From Planctomycetota bacterium (GTDB lineage: Bacteria > Planctomycetota > SZUA-567 > H5-PLA8), in contig JBBRPR010000051.1 in assembly GCA_038227875.1 (NCBI GenBank), positions 1 to 64,000 on the forward strand: a stretch of DNA of 64,000 nucleotides, in the 5' to 3' direction. The translations under genes were made by a program, and so were the position numbers. Under the pieces are notes generated by a model. The model saw nothing but the letters and a program-made list of their open reading frames with translations, was not told the origin of the DNA and ran no database searches. The number at the start of each line of letters is the position of its first letter. Within the stretch, counting starts at the first letter, position 1. This document shows, in pieces, positions 10,401 through 19,550 of the stretch.

Positions 10401-10781
10401 GCCGGACTTCATGATTGGGTGGTACTGCAGGCCTTCGGCGGCCGTCAGCCGCGCCTGGTAATGGGAGGTTTTGACGTCGTAAACGCCGTCGCGGACTTCC
10501 ACGAATGCCGGCGATTCCATCGGACCGACGGGCGTCTTCAACGTCGAGAGCGTAGCCGGCGCGGCTTTCAACACGCGCCCCTTGTCGAGAATTTTCGGCT
10601 TGGCAGGCGCAGGGTCTTTTTGTGTGACCGTCCGGACAGCCGGTTCCGCAGGCAGGATGGATGGAGCGTGAAGAGGCCGGGGTTGCAGCAGCGCCGCTGC
10701 CGTACCTACGACCACTGCCAGGATGCAGACGAGGAGTTGAACCCGACGCGAAACCGATCGCTTCAAAACGCCAACCTCCAT
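7482..10781 (-). CDS. Large secreted/surface PKD-domain protein (1099 aa)
   Basis: N-terminal hydrophobic segment; YPIDVDP-ending N-domain; repeated (Y/W/F)LV(V/S/A)(W/F)xD blades; PKD (WDFGDG); C-terminal domain shared with two other proteins in the window. Confidence 0.85.
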   Translation of the reverse strand: MEVGVLKRSVSRRVQLLVCILAVVVGTAAALLQPRPLHAPSILPAEPAVRTVTQKDPAPAKPKILDKGRVLKAAPATLSTLKTPVGPMESPAFVEVRDGVYDVKTSHYQARLTAAEGLQYHPIMKSGKSAEVQVRLRSVKRGANVVFDRATDTEAATEDAVDDGNGAISFWRAPGFEERYKPRGDGVEQNFSFDNAVAGSGAMEFICDLSARNLSARPPRPNRAGGVSFLDAEGAFGARYGQIVVRDSAQHGISIEPTLLADGRSVRFAIPESFLESALYPIDVDPLVGADFLITTSGATSSVGGPTVAPGNNNYLVVWDDITNPAAPQLLGAIVSSSGIVSAPFAISAVTGFPQPYQFQRVEVAYDGSANWLVVFSDYRQVGPGIRGAIISTTGTLLGGSDFLIAPTTAKVPEFPLVDFNGTDFLVSWQDSPVNQTSGSQIFYARCTTQGVVTPQQALPSNSQTPNQVLLFISSQKPSGDTLLIYREQTESPVLTRSVRIGQDGTIRDPFGTSLFTDRQVDGGFGRAIGVTFANGAWQILSSYDQTVNSSIYRHQESTAGVVTPPSGVFAIVGQGPTGTGADQFPPVTSGPSGWLFLRNERVNSKVYHILGKRVSFDGVDQDPIPFQIDTSTQGILRSAVAAQTNNLFLVAWLDGRLAPTQPGDAHDVGAALVDVTVAGSAGPALVPVISASPTSGVAPLTVSFDASASTGSSDSLQWDFGDGTTATTSVVSHTYKINGTFTAQLKLTKGAYSVLQTVLIVVGGGAGGVGTGTSSQVGTPVENSPNLVPSLFINSIIADLDFTNTNNDAVRVGGFVDLSAVTASLTGLAGSVQVGSVSHPFTLDAKGNFKSDAGLTPLVQFSVSNGSGQFVFQSNKDDLRANFDNLGAKNQTVKPAVIVNVPITVTIGPFSATCTQGMSYRATQDKAGQGTYAFLGAGKEVSGSFLINKFSAKQAIQGKNGLAVHSYSIKGQISRPNGGFFLPSETGQFTFKIGTYTVSVPSGQFRGIDNNLKYVGRAGISGLKKFSIDFNTGIFNLQLLKVPATGLGGSNLPLSGKDVINVDLNLSLQMDLKDEHLDGGRYIFITRKNANAKVWKIR

Positions 10782-11069
10782 TACAGCTGATTTAAGGCGA
10801 GAAACAGTGACACACTCACCGATGCGGACCGTGACTAGTGGTCAGTGACTATAAGACAGAAAATGGTTTCTACAACTTCACGGAATGTCGAATGTGTAAT
10901 CAAGTTATGTCAATAAAGCGGCGGAAAAGCGGCGGCATTTCGTCACACGGGATGAAATTCTGCGCATCTATCATCCTTGTCGATTGAAAGACTATTTATA
11001 ATTGATTTTCCATCGACCTCCCCGCGCGGTTGAATAAAGACAGAGCGCACGGGGTGGAGATTCTCAATT

Positions 11070-11924
11070 ATGACGAGCATCGATCGGCGTCCGCGAATCC
11101 TAATTGTGACACGCGGCGACTACATTACGCGCACGGTGCTGTTGGAACTCTTTCGAGCGCGCGACCGTTTCGACCTCTCCGTGGTGATCGTGAAATGCGA
11201 CGACCAAGGGCGGACCGGCGCGGAACAGTTGCGCGCCCTGCTGCGGTCAGGCGCGCGACGCTATTGCGCGTACGAAGTCGCGCAGAATTCCGTCTTCGCG
11301 GCGGCGGCAAAAGTGCAGCGGCATTCGGGATTGACCGTCCGTTCGCTGGCGCGCCGTTTTGGCGTGCCGGTGCGCGTTACACAGGACGTTCACGCGCCGG
11401 AGGTGCTGGAGTTCGCTCGCGCATTCGCGCCAGACCTGCTGCTTTCGGTCAAGTGTCCGCAATTGATCGGCGCTCAACTGCGCAGCGTCGCGCGGCGGGG
11501 GAGCATCAATGTTCACGCGTCGCTGCTGCCACGCTACGCCGGACGCGCGCCACATTTCTGGGCGCTGGCGGGCGCTGAAACAGTCACGGGCAGCACGGTC
11601 CATTACATGAACGGCCGTTTCGATGCCGGCGACGTGCTGGTGCAGTCGCCCGTCTGCATTGGCGCGCGCGACAGCGCGTTTTCGCTGCTCTGCAGGCTTG
11701 CGCAGGCCGGCGGCGACGCGGTCGTCATGGCCGTCGACCTGGCGCTGCGCGGCGATGCGGGAATTCCGCAGGATCCGGCACGGCGTCATTATTGTTCGCA
11801 CCCGACTGTAGACGCGTGCCGCACTTTTAAACGTTCGGGCCGCCGGTTGATGCGCAAGCGCGAGGTGTTCGCGGCGCTGCGGCGGAGCCGCCAGGAAATG
11901 GTCTCTCTCGAAAGGAGTGAATGA
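11070..11924 (+). CDS. Formyltransferase family protein
   Basis: INVHASLLPRYAG and HYMNGRFDAGD N10-formyl-THF formyltransferase motifs; lacks the Fmt C-terminal domain. Confidence 0.85.
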   Translation: MTSIDRRPRILIVTRGDYITRTVLLELFRARDRFDLSVVIVKCDDQGRTGAEQLRALLRSGARRYCAYEVAQNSVFAAAAKVQRHSGLTVRSLARRFGVPVRVTQDVHAPEVLEFARAFAPDLLLSVKCPQLIGAQLRSVARRGSINVHASLLPRYAGRAPHFWALAGAETVTGSTVHYMNGRFDAGDVLVQSPVCIGARDSAFSLLCRLAQAGGDAVVMAVDLALRGDAGIPQDPARRHYCSHPTVDACRTFKRSGRRLMRKREVFAALRRSRQEMVSLERSE

Positions 11925-12976
11925 TGAATGAAGCCGCAGCACCGGAAGCACCCGTTACATTCGCGCCACCCGTGGAAATCCTGGGGCGCATGATTGGCGC
12001 GTTCGCGTTGTCCCAGGCAATTTACGTGGCGGCGAAACTTTCCATCGCCGATCGCCTGCGCGCGGGACCTAAAAACGCGTCGCAGCTGGCTCGAGAGAGC
12101 GGGACGCATCCCCGGGCGCTCTACCGCGTACTGCGGGCGCTGGGCAGCGCGGGGGTGTTTCGCGAGCTTGACGGCGAGCACTTCGCGCTGACCCCGGTGA
12201 GCGAAATGTTGCGCGCCGATGTTCCGGGATCGCTGCGTCCATGGGCAATCATCTCCGGCGAAGAATGGGTGCGGCGACCGTGGAGCGGCGTGATGGAGAG
12301 CGTCGCGCACAACACGCCGGCGTTCGAGGACGCGCTGGGCGTGCGTCCGTTCGAGTACATGGCCGCGCATCCGGACGCGGCGGCGCTCTTCGACGCGGCG
12401 ATGACGAGCGGCACACAGCAGGCGCTGGGGGCGCTTATGGCGGCGTGTGATTTCTCGCGCTTTGAGTGCGTTGTCGATATTGGCGGCGGAACGGGAACGT
12501 TCTTGAAAGGCGTGTTGAAGGCTCATCCTCACGTGAACGGAATCTTGTTTGAACTGCCGACCGTCATCCCGCGCGCAGAGGATGCGCTGGAAGCGGAACT
12601 GATCCTGGGGCGATGCGTGCTGGCGACAGGAAACTTTTTCGAGTCCGTCCCGCGCGCGGTGGCCGCGGGCGCCAGTGCGTTTGTGCTGAAATGGATTCTC
12701 CACAATTGGGATGACGTGCAAGCGCTGCGCATTCTGCGCAATTGCCGCGACGCGATGTGCGACGACAGCCGATTGCTGATTGTCGAACGGCTGGTCGGCG
12801 CGCCGCAGGAGGCATCCGAGGCGAAGCTGCTGGATTTGAACATGCTGGTGATCCACGGCGGCGGCGAGCGGACGGAGGCGGAGTACCGCGCGCTGCTGGG
12901 CCGGGCTGGGTTGGTCATCGAACGGATCGCGACGGTATGCGCCGGCCTTGCGGTAATTGAGGCGGCGCGCCGATGA
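11921..12976 (+). CDS. O-methyltransferase (dimerisation domain + methyltransf_2)
   Basis: VVDIGGGTG, GNFF, LKWILHNW, DLNML..GGERT; ATGA overlap with upstream gene. Confidence 0.92.
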   Translation: MMNEAAAPEAPVTFAPPVEILGRMIGAFALSQAIYVAAKLSIADRLRAGPKNASQLARESGTHPRALYRVLRALGSAGVFRELDGEHFALTPVSEMLRADVPGSLRPWAIISGEEWVRRPWSGVMESVAHNTPAFEDALGVRPFEYMAAHPDAAALFDAAMTSGTQQALGALMAACDFSRFECVVDIGGGTGTFLKGVLKAHPHVNGILFELPTVIPRAEDALEAELILGRCVLATGNFFESVPRAVAAGASAFVLKWILHNWDDVQALRILRNCRDAMCDDSRLLIVERLVGAPQEASEAKLLDLNMLVIHGGGERTEAEYRALLGRAGLVIERIATVCAGLAVIEAARR

Positions 12977-13806
12977 TGATCCTGCTGATCGCGATCGGCC
13001 TGGGCTTCGTTGCCGTCGAGCGGTACTGGCCGGCCACCGCGCTGCCGAAAGTTCGCGCGTGGTGGGCGCGCGTGATCTGCGTCAACGCACTGAATGTCGC
13101 GCTGGTCACGGGGATGGGGCGCGCGTGGCAGCACTGGCTGCGGCGCTTTTCGCTGTTTCATCTCTCGCGGCATCTGAATGATCTGGCGGCGGGAGTGATC
13201 GCCTACCTGGTCGCCTGTGTTGCGTACTATTGGTGGCATCGCTTCCGGCACGAGTCGCCGACGTTCTGGCGCGTGTGTCATCAGCTGCATCATTCGCCGC
13301 GGCGGATCGAAGTGGTGATGGCGTTCTACAAACATCCGGTCGAGATTTTCTGCAACGCGGTGATCAGCTCGGGACTTTCTTACGCCCTGCTGGGCTGCTC
13401 GGTGAAAGCGGCGGCAGTCTGCACCGTGCTGGCGTGCCTGGCGGAATTTTTCTACCACTGGAATATCCACACGCCGGTGTGGCTGGGCTATCTGATCCAA
13501 CGGCCGGAGTCGCATCGTATTCATCACGAACGCGGGCGGCACACCAGCAACTACGGCGACCTGCCGATCCTCGACATTCTGTTCAGGACATTCCGCAACA
13601 GCCGGAAAGGCGAGCACGTCGAATGCGGTTTCGACGCGCCCGCGGAAGACCGCCTCGACGACATGCTGGTCGGTCGTGACGTCACGGCCGCTCCGGGGGA
13701 AAGTCTGCCGCCGCTGCATTTCCTGCCCACCTGCATCGGTTGCCACAAACGCTGGGCGTGCCAGGAAGCGCGGCAGACGCAGGCGGAAAACGGGTCGCCG
13801 GCATGA
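12973..13806 (+). CDS. Sterol desaturase / fatty-acid hydroxylase family membrane protein
   Basis: His boxes HRFRH, HQLHH, HWN and HRIHH; ATGA coupling. Confidence 0.9.
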   Translation: MMILLIAIGLGFVAVERYWPATALPKVRAWWARVICVNALNVALVTGMGRAWQHWLRRFSLFHLSRHLNDLAAGVIAYLVACVAYYWWHRFRHESPTFWRVCHQLHHSPRRIEVVMAFYKHPVEIFCNAVISSGLSYALLGCSVKAAAVCTVLACLAEFFYHWNIHTPVWLGYLIQRPESHRIHHERGRHTSNYGDLPILDILFRTFRNSRKGEHVECGFDAPAEDRLDDMLVGRDVTAAPGESLPPLHFLPTCIGCHKRWACQEARQTQAENGSPA

Positions 13807-14300
13807 GCTTCCTTGCCACAGACAAACGCGTGCGGCGCTGCAACGCCGCGGCCCTGGCGTTGCTGATGCTGGGCAGCATTCAAATGGCCGGCTACGTGCT
13901 GCACTCGCCGGCGCTGCGGGGCATTGGCGCGGCGACCGGCGCAGCGCCTCTGCCGAAAGTGTTCTCCGCGGTGAAAGGCTATGAGACGTTCGCGACGCAA
14001 TTTGACCTGGCCTATGAGCTTGACGGCCGGACGCAACGGGTAGCGATCACGCCCGAATTTTATGCGCACCTGCGTGGTCCGTACAACCGGCGCAACGTTT
14101 ACGGCGCGGCGCTTTCGTACGGCCCGCGTCTGCCGCGGCAGGTGTGGCTGGCGGTGTTGACGTACGGATTGAAAGCGGGCGGACCGTTTCGCGCAGAAAT
14201 GGGCGTGCCGCCCGCCGCGCAAAGGCCGCGTGTGGAAATCCGGTCGCTTACCCGGGGAAGCAGCGAAACATGGACACTGGATCCGACATGCGTGGAGTAA
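13803..14300 (+). CDS. Conserved hypothetical protein of the desaturase-HTTM cluster
   Basis: ATGA overlap at 13803; N-terminal hydrophobic helix; PLPKVFS and GPYNRRNVYGAALSYGP motif. Confidence 0.75.
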   Translation: MSFLATDKRVRRCNAAALALLMLGSIQMAGYVLHSPALRGIGAATGAAPLPKVFSAVKGYETFATQFDLAYELDGRTQRVAITPEFYAHLRGPYNRRNVYGAALSYGPRLPRQVWLAVLTYGLKAGGPFRAEMGVPPAAQRPRVEIRSLTRGSSETWTLDPTCVE

Positions 14301-15403
14301 AAGCGATCTCGCGACGCCAGTTCGCGCTCTTCCGGATTGTGTTCGGCGCGTATCTTGCCGTCCACTTTGCGCAGCTGATTCCGTATGCGGCGGAATTGTT
14401 CAGCCGGGGCGGCGTGCTGCCGGATGCGGGCGCGAATTTCACATACTGGCTGTTCCCGAGCCCGTTCTGGCTGAACGATTGGCTGTTCTTCACGACGTGT
14501 TTTGTGGCGGCGTGCGCGGCGCTGGCGCTCTGCTTCATGCTGGGATTGCAGCGGCGCACGGCGGCGGTGCTGCTCTGGTATGGCTCAACGTGCTTGTTCA
14601 ACCGCAACAACCTGATTTCCAATCCGGCGCTGCCGTACCTGGGGATGCTGCTGCTGATGTGCGCCGTGATTCCCCATGGCGAAGGGTGGAGCGTGACTCC
14701 GTCGCGTCGAGATCAGCCGTGGTTTTTTCCCGCGTGGATTTTTCGCGTGGCGTGGATCCTGATGGCCACCGGATACACCTGCAGCGGCATCGACAAGTTA
14801 CTCTACAGCCCAAGCTGGACGGACGGCTCGGCGCTCAGCCACATTCTGAATCTGCCGCTGGCGCGGCCGGGAATCGTGCGCGATTTGCTGCTGTCATGGC
14901 CGGCCTGGGTGCTGAGCGCGGGAACGTACGTCATGCTCGCGCTGGAAGTTTTGTTTCTGCCGCTGGCGCTCGTCCCCCGCGTGCGCCCGTGGCTGTGGTT
15001 GAGCCTGGTGCTGATGCACACCGGCGCGATTCTGCTGATCAACTTCGCCGATCTATCGCTGGGAATGGTGCTGCTGCATCTGTTTACGTTCGATCCAGAC
15101 TGGCTGCGGGGGCCGTCGTCGACATTCGACATTCAATTTTCGGCAGTCCCATCAGCCCGCTTCAAACTGGCCCATCAATTTAAACAGGCTCACCACGGCC
15201 AGGAATACGCCGGCGGCCAGGGCGCTACTGGTCTGAGTGACGGGGACGACCATCACGAACATCAGGAATGCGCCGATGAGCACGTTGATCAGGTTGAGCG
15301 ACGAGAGCATCTTGGGCGTGCCGCGCGTGAAGATCACGCCGAGCAGCGCGACAATGATCACACCGGCCATGCCCAGCGTCGCGGCGCGCGCGGATTCGCT
15401 TAA
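14288..15403 (+). CDS. HTTM-like multi-pass membrane protein; 3' end appears to be read-through
   Basis: FRIVFGAYL, NRNNLISNP, GYTCSGIDKL, SPSWTDG, HLFTFDPDW; after ~15110 the ORF runs through a repeat and antisense to the next gene. Confidence 0.75.
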   Translation: MRGVKAISRRQFALFRIVFGAYLAVHFAQLIPYAAELFSRGGVLPDAGANFTYWLFPSPFWLNDWLFFTTCFVAACAALALCFMLGLQRRTAAVLLWYGSTCLFNRNNLISNPALPYLGMLLLMCAVIPHGEGWSVTPSRRDQPWFFPAWIFRVAWILMATGYTCSGIDKLLYSPSWTDGSALSHILNLPLARPGIVRDLLLSWPAWVLSAGTYVMLALEVLFLPLALVPRVRPWLWLSLVLMHTGAILLINFADLSLGMVLLHLFTFDPDWLRGPSSTFDIQFSAVPSARFKLAHQFKQAHHGQEYAGGQGATGLSDGDDHHEHQECADEHVDQVERREHLGRAAREDHAEQRDNDHTGHAQRRGARGFA

Positions 15404-16303
15404 GATGTCGGAGAGCGCTGCGCCGGGACCGCCTTCCAGGTGGACCAGCGAACGGCCGGTGGACGTGAGCAGCAAGAAGAGCATGCCGACGCCGACGAGA
15501 ATGTTGAGCAGGTTGACGAAGAGCAGCGTGCGTTGGGAAATTTTCGTGGCGAGCAGAAAGCCGATCAGGCCGATTACGACCACCAGCGCCAAACTCGAGA
15601 GCACCAGCCGCCGCGACGCGCTCCACGAGGCGATGCCTTCGTCTGATGGGGCAAGGGCCCCTTCGTCGAGTTCCATGGTATTGGGCACGAGGATCGGTTC
15701 GGGTCCGCGCAGTGGCATCGTGGCGAGTGTGGCAGCGTCGACGACTTCCGCTCTGCCGAGCAGCAGCGTGACGATCGGTTCGGTCGTGCCTTTTTTGCGC
15801 GGCACCCTGACCAGTCCGTCGACGACATCCATGCCCTTTTCGACTTTGCCGAAGGCCGTGTACTGGCGGTCGAGATGCGGCGCGTCACCGAGCAGAATCG
15901 AGAACGAGGTTTCGGCGCTGTTCACGTCGCCGTCACTACGCGCCATGCTTAAGATGCCGCGCGTGTGCTTGATGTCGCTGAACTCCGCCTTGATTTTATG
16001 GATCGCGCTTTTTTGTTCGTCGGTCATCCTGACGAGACGGAAGTCAGGCGTCGAGAGTTGCAGCACGAAATTGGGCTCGCAGCGGTGGAAGTACGTGGTG
16101 TCGTAGACGCCCAATTTCACAAGCTTCAGCAGCTGGGTGCAGGTCTCCGGGGCAACGTCGGGATAGAGCGCCAGGACGACGTCTCCGCCGATGGTGTGGA
16201 GGATGATGTGCTCGTCGGCGATCCGCGGTTCGGCGGAGCTGGCGAAGCGAGCGGCGCACGCCGCAGCAAAAATCAGCGCGAGTGCGAAGCGGGGCGGCTT
16301 CAT
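15152..16303 (-). CDS. Cyclophilin-type peptidyl-prolyl isomerase with C-terminal multi-TM domain
   Basis: Signal peptide; FHRCEPNFVLQ, RGILSMAR, APHLDRQYTAFG; about five hydrophobic helices at the C-terminus. Confidence 0.85.
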   Translation of the reverse strand: MKPPRFALALIFAAACAARFASSAEPRIADEHIILHTIGGDVVLALYPDVAPETCTQLLKLVKLGVYDTTYFHRCEPNFVLQLSTPDFRLVRMTDEQKSAIHKIKAEFSDIKHTRGILSMARSDGDVNSAETSFSILLGDAPHLDRQYTAFGKVEKGMDVVDGLVRVPRKKGTTEPIVTLLLGRAEVVDAATLATMPLRGPEPILVPNTMELDEGALAPSDEGIASWSASRRLVLSSLALVVVIGLIGFLLATKISQRTLLFVNLLNILVGVGMLFLLLTSTGRSLVHLEGGPGAALSDILSESARAATLGMAGVIIVALLGVIFTRGTPKMLSSLNLINVLIGAFLMFVMVVPVTQTSSALAAGVFLAVVSLFKLMGQFEAG

Positions 16304-17691
16304 GCTTTGCGCTCCAGCACCGGCATGCTTCCCACACCCACACCTGCGCCGGCGCCGGACAGCGCCGGGACCGGCATGCCGCCAGACCCGAAGTCGGACG
16401 TGGGATGGATCAAGTCGTCGATGTTGACCATCAGCGGCGAGGAGACGGTCTTGCGCTTGAGCTTCCAGATCACGCCGTCGACGAAGAAGTGATGGATCTG
16501 CACGGCCGCGGCGGTGACGCCGAGCGCGAGGAACGGTTTGACGCCAAAGAATTTCGTCAGCGCCATTGGGAAGATAAAGAAGAGGATGGCGCCGAAGAGA
16601 ATGTTCATCTCAAACCAGCGCAGCGTTTCGAAAATGACGTATTGTTTGGACGGCCGGATTTTCTGCCGATTGAGACTCACGCTGGCCCACGCGTACAGAC
16701 CAAAGACAAGCGCCGTGGCCAGACCGCGCATGGGCGCGCTGAAGCTCTCTGGCATGGGCAGCAGGTCATAGGCAAACCACGCACAGACCGCCAGCGACCC
16801 AGCCCACACCGCCCACGCGAAAGGAGTGCGCACCGGCTGCGGTTGATTTTGGGCCAGGTCCAACTTTTCTTTAAGCTGCATCGACCAGGCGATCAGCAGG
16901 TACTGCATGCTGTGGAAGAACGGCACGAATTCATTGAACGTCGGCCAGTCGCGGGCGCTGACGAACCAGCAGTACTGCGCAACGGACGGGAGGAGCACGA
17001 TCAGCGGCAGCACGCGGCGATTCTGGATGCACCAGCGGACCACGCACAGCAGCAGGACGATGCCGGCGAAGTACATGACCGTCTCCGACGCCACCCACAG
17101 CCAGACCGGCAGCCCCAATGCCGGAACCGCGATGCCCCAGTAGGAAGGCAGGGTGTTGCCTTTGGCGTGCACGAACATGGCCGTGAACAGGTATGTCCCG
17201 AAGACGAAGGTGGAGAGCGCCAGGCGTTCGACTTTGCCCACGTTGAACCCGGCGCGCCGGGCGTAGATCAGCGAGACGCCGACGGTCTGTCCGCTGAAGT
17301 GGTATGGCGACCAGAGCATGAACGTGAGAATGAACATCGGCGCGATGGTGTCGGGATAGAGCACCGAAGCGAAGACGCCCGCCAGCACCAGCCAGGGAAT
17401 GACCAGCGCCGTCAGCGGGTACTGCTTGATGTTGTCGCGCGAATGGTAGAGACGGTAGCTGGTTGCGGCGAAGTGCGGCCAGTTGCAGATCCACAACAGG
17501 CGCTGAGCGGCCACCACGACCGGGTCGGTGGCCGTGCGGACGCCGGGATCCAGGCGTGGATCATGCGTGCCGTAAAGGATGTGAATCAGAAAATAGATCG
17601 CGATCGACAATCCGCCAACGAGCGCAAAATCAACCGGACCGTTGATGAAGTACAGCGGCTGCTTTCGAGGCGCTTCGGCTTTCGCATCCAT
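16300..17691 (-). CDS. Multi-pass membrane protein with spaced His motifs
   Basis: Motifs NWPHFAAT, WSPYHFSGQ, FFHSMQY and IHHFFVDGVIW; 4-nt overlap with the cyclophilin gene. Confidence 0.75.
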   Translation of the reverse strand: MDAKAEAPRKQPLYFINGPVDFALVGGLSIAIYFLIHILYGTHDPRLDPGVRTATDPVVVAAQRLLWICNWPHFAATSYRLYHSRDNIKQYPLTALVIPWLVLAGVFASVLYPDTIAPMFILTFMLWSPYHFSGQTVGVSLIYARRAGFNVGKVERLALSTFVFGTYLFTAMFVHAKGNTLPSYWGIAVPALGLPVWLWVASETVMYFAGIVLLLCVVRWCIQNRRVLPLIVLLPSVAQYCWFVSARDWPTFNEFVPFFHSMQYLLIAWSMQLKEKLDLAQNQPQPVRTPFAWAVWAGSLAVCAWFAYDLLPMPESFSAPMRGLATALVFGLYAWASVSLNRQKIRPSKQYVIFETLRWFEMNILFGAILFFIFPMALTKFFGVKPFLALGVTAAAVQIHHFFVDGVIWKLKRKTVSSPLMVNIDDLIHPTSDFGSGGMPVPALSGAGAGVGVGSMPVLERKA

Positions 17692-17867
17692 CCAAGCGTG
17701 GTTCCTGGCCTGAGTTCAGTACCCCTCGCAAAGCGGATACATACTAACAGGTGCGTCGGCGCTTGGCTATCCGGACAAAAAAGATCAGAGGACCGATCCA
17801 CCAATAATAGGTGGCCGACTGGGCTCTCATTCGGAAGAAAATGTTTAGAACTTGAGAATTGCGGCGG

Positions 17868-18782
17868 CTATTTACGCGCTGCCAACTCCCGCAGATGCAT
17901 GACTTTAAACGCTGGCACCTGCCGAAAGGCCAGCCAGCGCAGAATGCGCCCTGCGAAACTCTTTGTCAAAAATGGACGGCGCTTGAGCGGATACATCCTG
18001 CCGCGGTAGGGATCATAGTAGAGGCCGGAGGGCACGGAGGTGCATTGTCCCCGGTTGCAGACGAGCTTCAGCACTTCCGTCGCGGCGACGGCGGCGCAGA
18101 GGAAACAGGCGGAGGCGAGCGCCGGGCCTTTCTCACCTTCCATGTTGATCGAGGCGGGATCGATGTCGCTCTTCAGGCGCGGCGCCAGGCCCAGCGCCAG
18201 CGCGAGCAGTTGTTCGGCGTGGGTCATGTCGTCGGTGAGGCCGAAATGTTCTTCGAACGACGGGCCGTCCGGCATGAAGACCAGCACCGCCGCGCCGTAG
18301 CCAATCGGTCCGGCATTGACGACGGGGATGCCGCGCTCGCGGCAGGCGGCGTAGAGCATGCGCCGGGTTTTCATGCGGAAGAATTCGATGCCGTCGATGA
18401 CCACGTCCACGCCGGCGAGGAAGGCGTCGATATTCTGCGGCGAGATGCCGTCGGGATACTGCATGATTTTCGCTTCCGGATTGATCGCCAGGATTGATTC
18501 GGCGGAGACGGCGGTCTTGGAGCGACCGACGGTGTCCATTGTCGCGCCGAACTGGCGGTTGAAGTTCACGACGTCGAAGGTGTCGGGATCGGCGAGCTTG
18601 AACGCGCCGATGCCCAGTCGCGCCAGCGCGTGAATGTGCGCGCCGCCGACGCCGCCGAGTCCCGGCACGGCCACGCAGGTTTGTTTGAGCTTCCGCTGCT
18701 CATCGCGATTCACCAGGCCGATGTTGCGTCCGAAGGCCTGATCGTAGTTGAACACACCCATTGCTGCCGCCGTTGCTTCCAT
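17868..18782 (-). CDS. ThiF/E1-like adenylyltransferase
   Basis: GLGGVG nucleotide loop, ADPDTFDVVNFNRQ, VVIDG; GGAG RBS before ATG 18782. Confidence 0.9.
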   Translation of the reverse strand: MEATAAAMGVFNYDQAFGRNIGLVNRDEQRKLKQTCVAVPGLGGVGGAHIHALARLGIGAFKLADPDTFDVVNFNRQFGATMDTVGRSKTAVSAESILAINPEAKIMQYPDGISPQNIDAFLAGVDVVIDGIEFFRMKTRRMLYAACRERGIPVVNAGPIGYGAAVLVFMPDGPSFEEHFGLTDDMTHAEQLLALALGLAPRLKSDIDPASINMEGEKGPALASACFLCAAVAATEVLKLVCNRGQCTSVPSGLYYDPYRGRMYPLKRRPFLTKSFAGRILRWLAFRQVPAFKVMHLRELAARK

Positions 18783-18816
18783 GATGAAGGTCTCCGCTGC
18801 TGCGAGGTGGGAAAGC

Positions 18817-19521
18817 TCAAGCCTGCGCCAGAACATAGAGGCAATTGCCCTTCACGCGGGAACCGGCGATTTTGAATCCGGCGGCGGTGAAGTGCGCCAG
18901 GGCGTCGGCTTCGGTGAACGGCGTGTGGAGAATGCCCTTCTTCATGCCCCACGCGTTGATCGCGTTGGCGATGCGGCGCGCGAGCGAGAAGCCGGTGGGG
19001 TAGAGTAGAATGTTGACCGCCAGCGTGCCGCCGGGAGCCATGACGCGCTTGACTTCCCGCAATGCGCCGGCGACGTCGCTGAAGCAGTGGAGCGCGTTGG
19101 CGATGTTGACGGAATCGAACGAGCCATCCTTGTACGGCATCTCACAGACGGTGCCTTGCAACAGCGTCACATTCGGATCCTTGCGGAAGCGGCGCTTGGC
19201 GCCGTCGAGCATTTCTTCGGAGTAATCCAAGCCGACGATCTGCTGCGGCAGCGTTCCGGCGCGTCGGCGTTTTTTCAGAACCATCTGGAAGAGGGTGCCC
19301 GTGCCGACCGCGACTTCCAAGTGAGCGGTGCGCAGGTTGCCTTCGAAGAAGCGGATCTGCCGCCAAAGCGTGTCCTGGTAGGCGAAGGTGAGGATGCCAA
19401 ACCCGCGCACGTCATACCACCAGGTGTGTGAGGTGTAGGCGTTCTTGTCGGCTGGGGCGGACACCGGAGCACCGGTTTTGCTTGTGTCAAGGCGTGCGGC
19501 AGCCGCTTGTGCTGTGGTCAT
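18817..19521 (-). CDS. Class I SAM-dependent methyltransferase
   Basis: LEVAVGTG, GLDYSEEML, FDSV..ANALH, RVMAPGG. Confidence 0.9.
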   Translation of the reverse strand: MTTAQAAAARLDTSKTGAPVSAPADKNAYTSHTWWYDVRGFGILTFAYQDTLWRQIRFFEGNLRTAHLEVAVGTGTLFQMVLKKRRRAGTLPQQIVGLDYSEEMLDGAKRRFRKDPNVTLLQGTVCEMPYKDGSFDSVNIANALHCFSDVAGALREVKRVMAPGGTLAVNILLYPTGFSLARRIANAINAWGMKKGILHTPFTEADALAHFTAAGFKIAGSRVKGNCLYVLAQA

Positions 19522-19550
19522 GTTCAATCCTTTCTGAAGTTGCCTGTGCG

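Noticed and set aside
7884..10790. 968-aa plus-strand ORF, and similar long antisense ORFs (4965-7127, 16282-18009, 49645-51183, 59806-62139)
   Set aside because: Shadow frames of well-supported genes on the opposite strand, expected in high-GC DNA; no motifs
17868..18782. ThiF gene as part of an anti-phage ubiquitin-like system (CBASS/Bil) or thiamine/Moco pathway
   Set aside because: No E2, JAB, cyclase or ThiS/MoaD partner nearby; context is small-molecule tailoring
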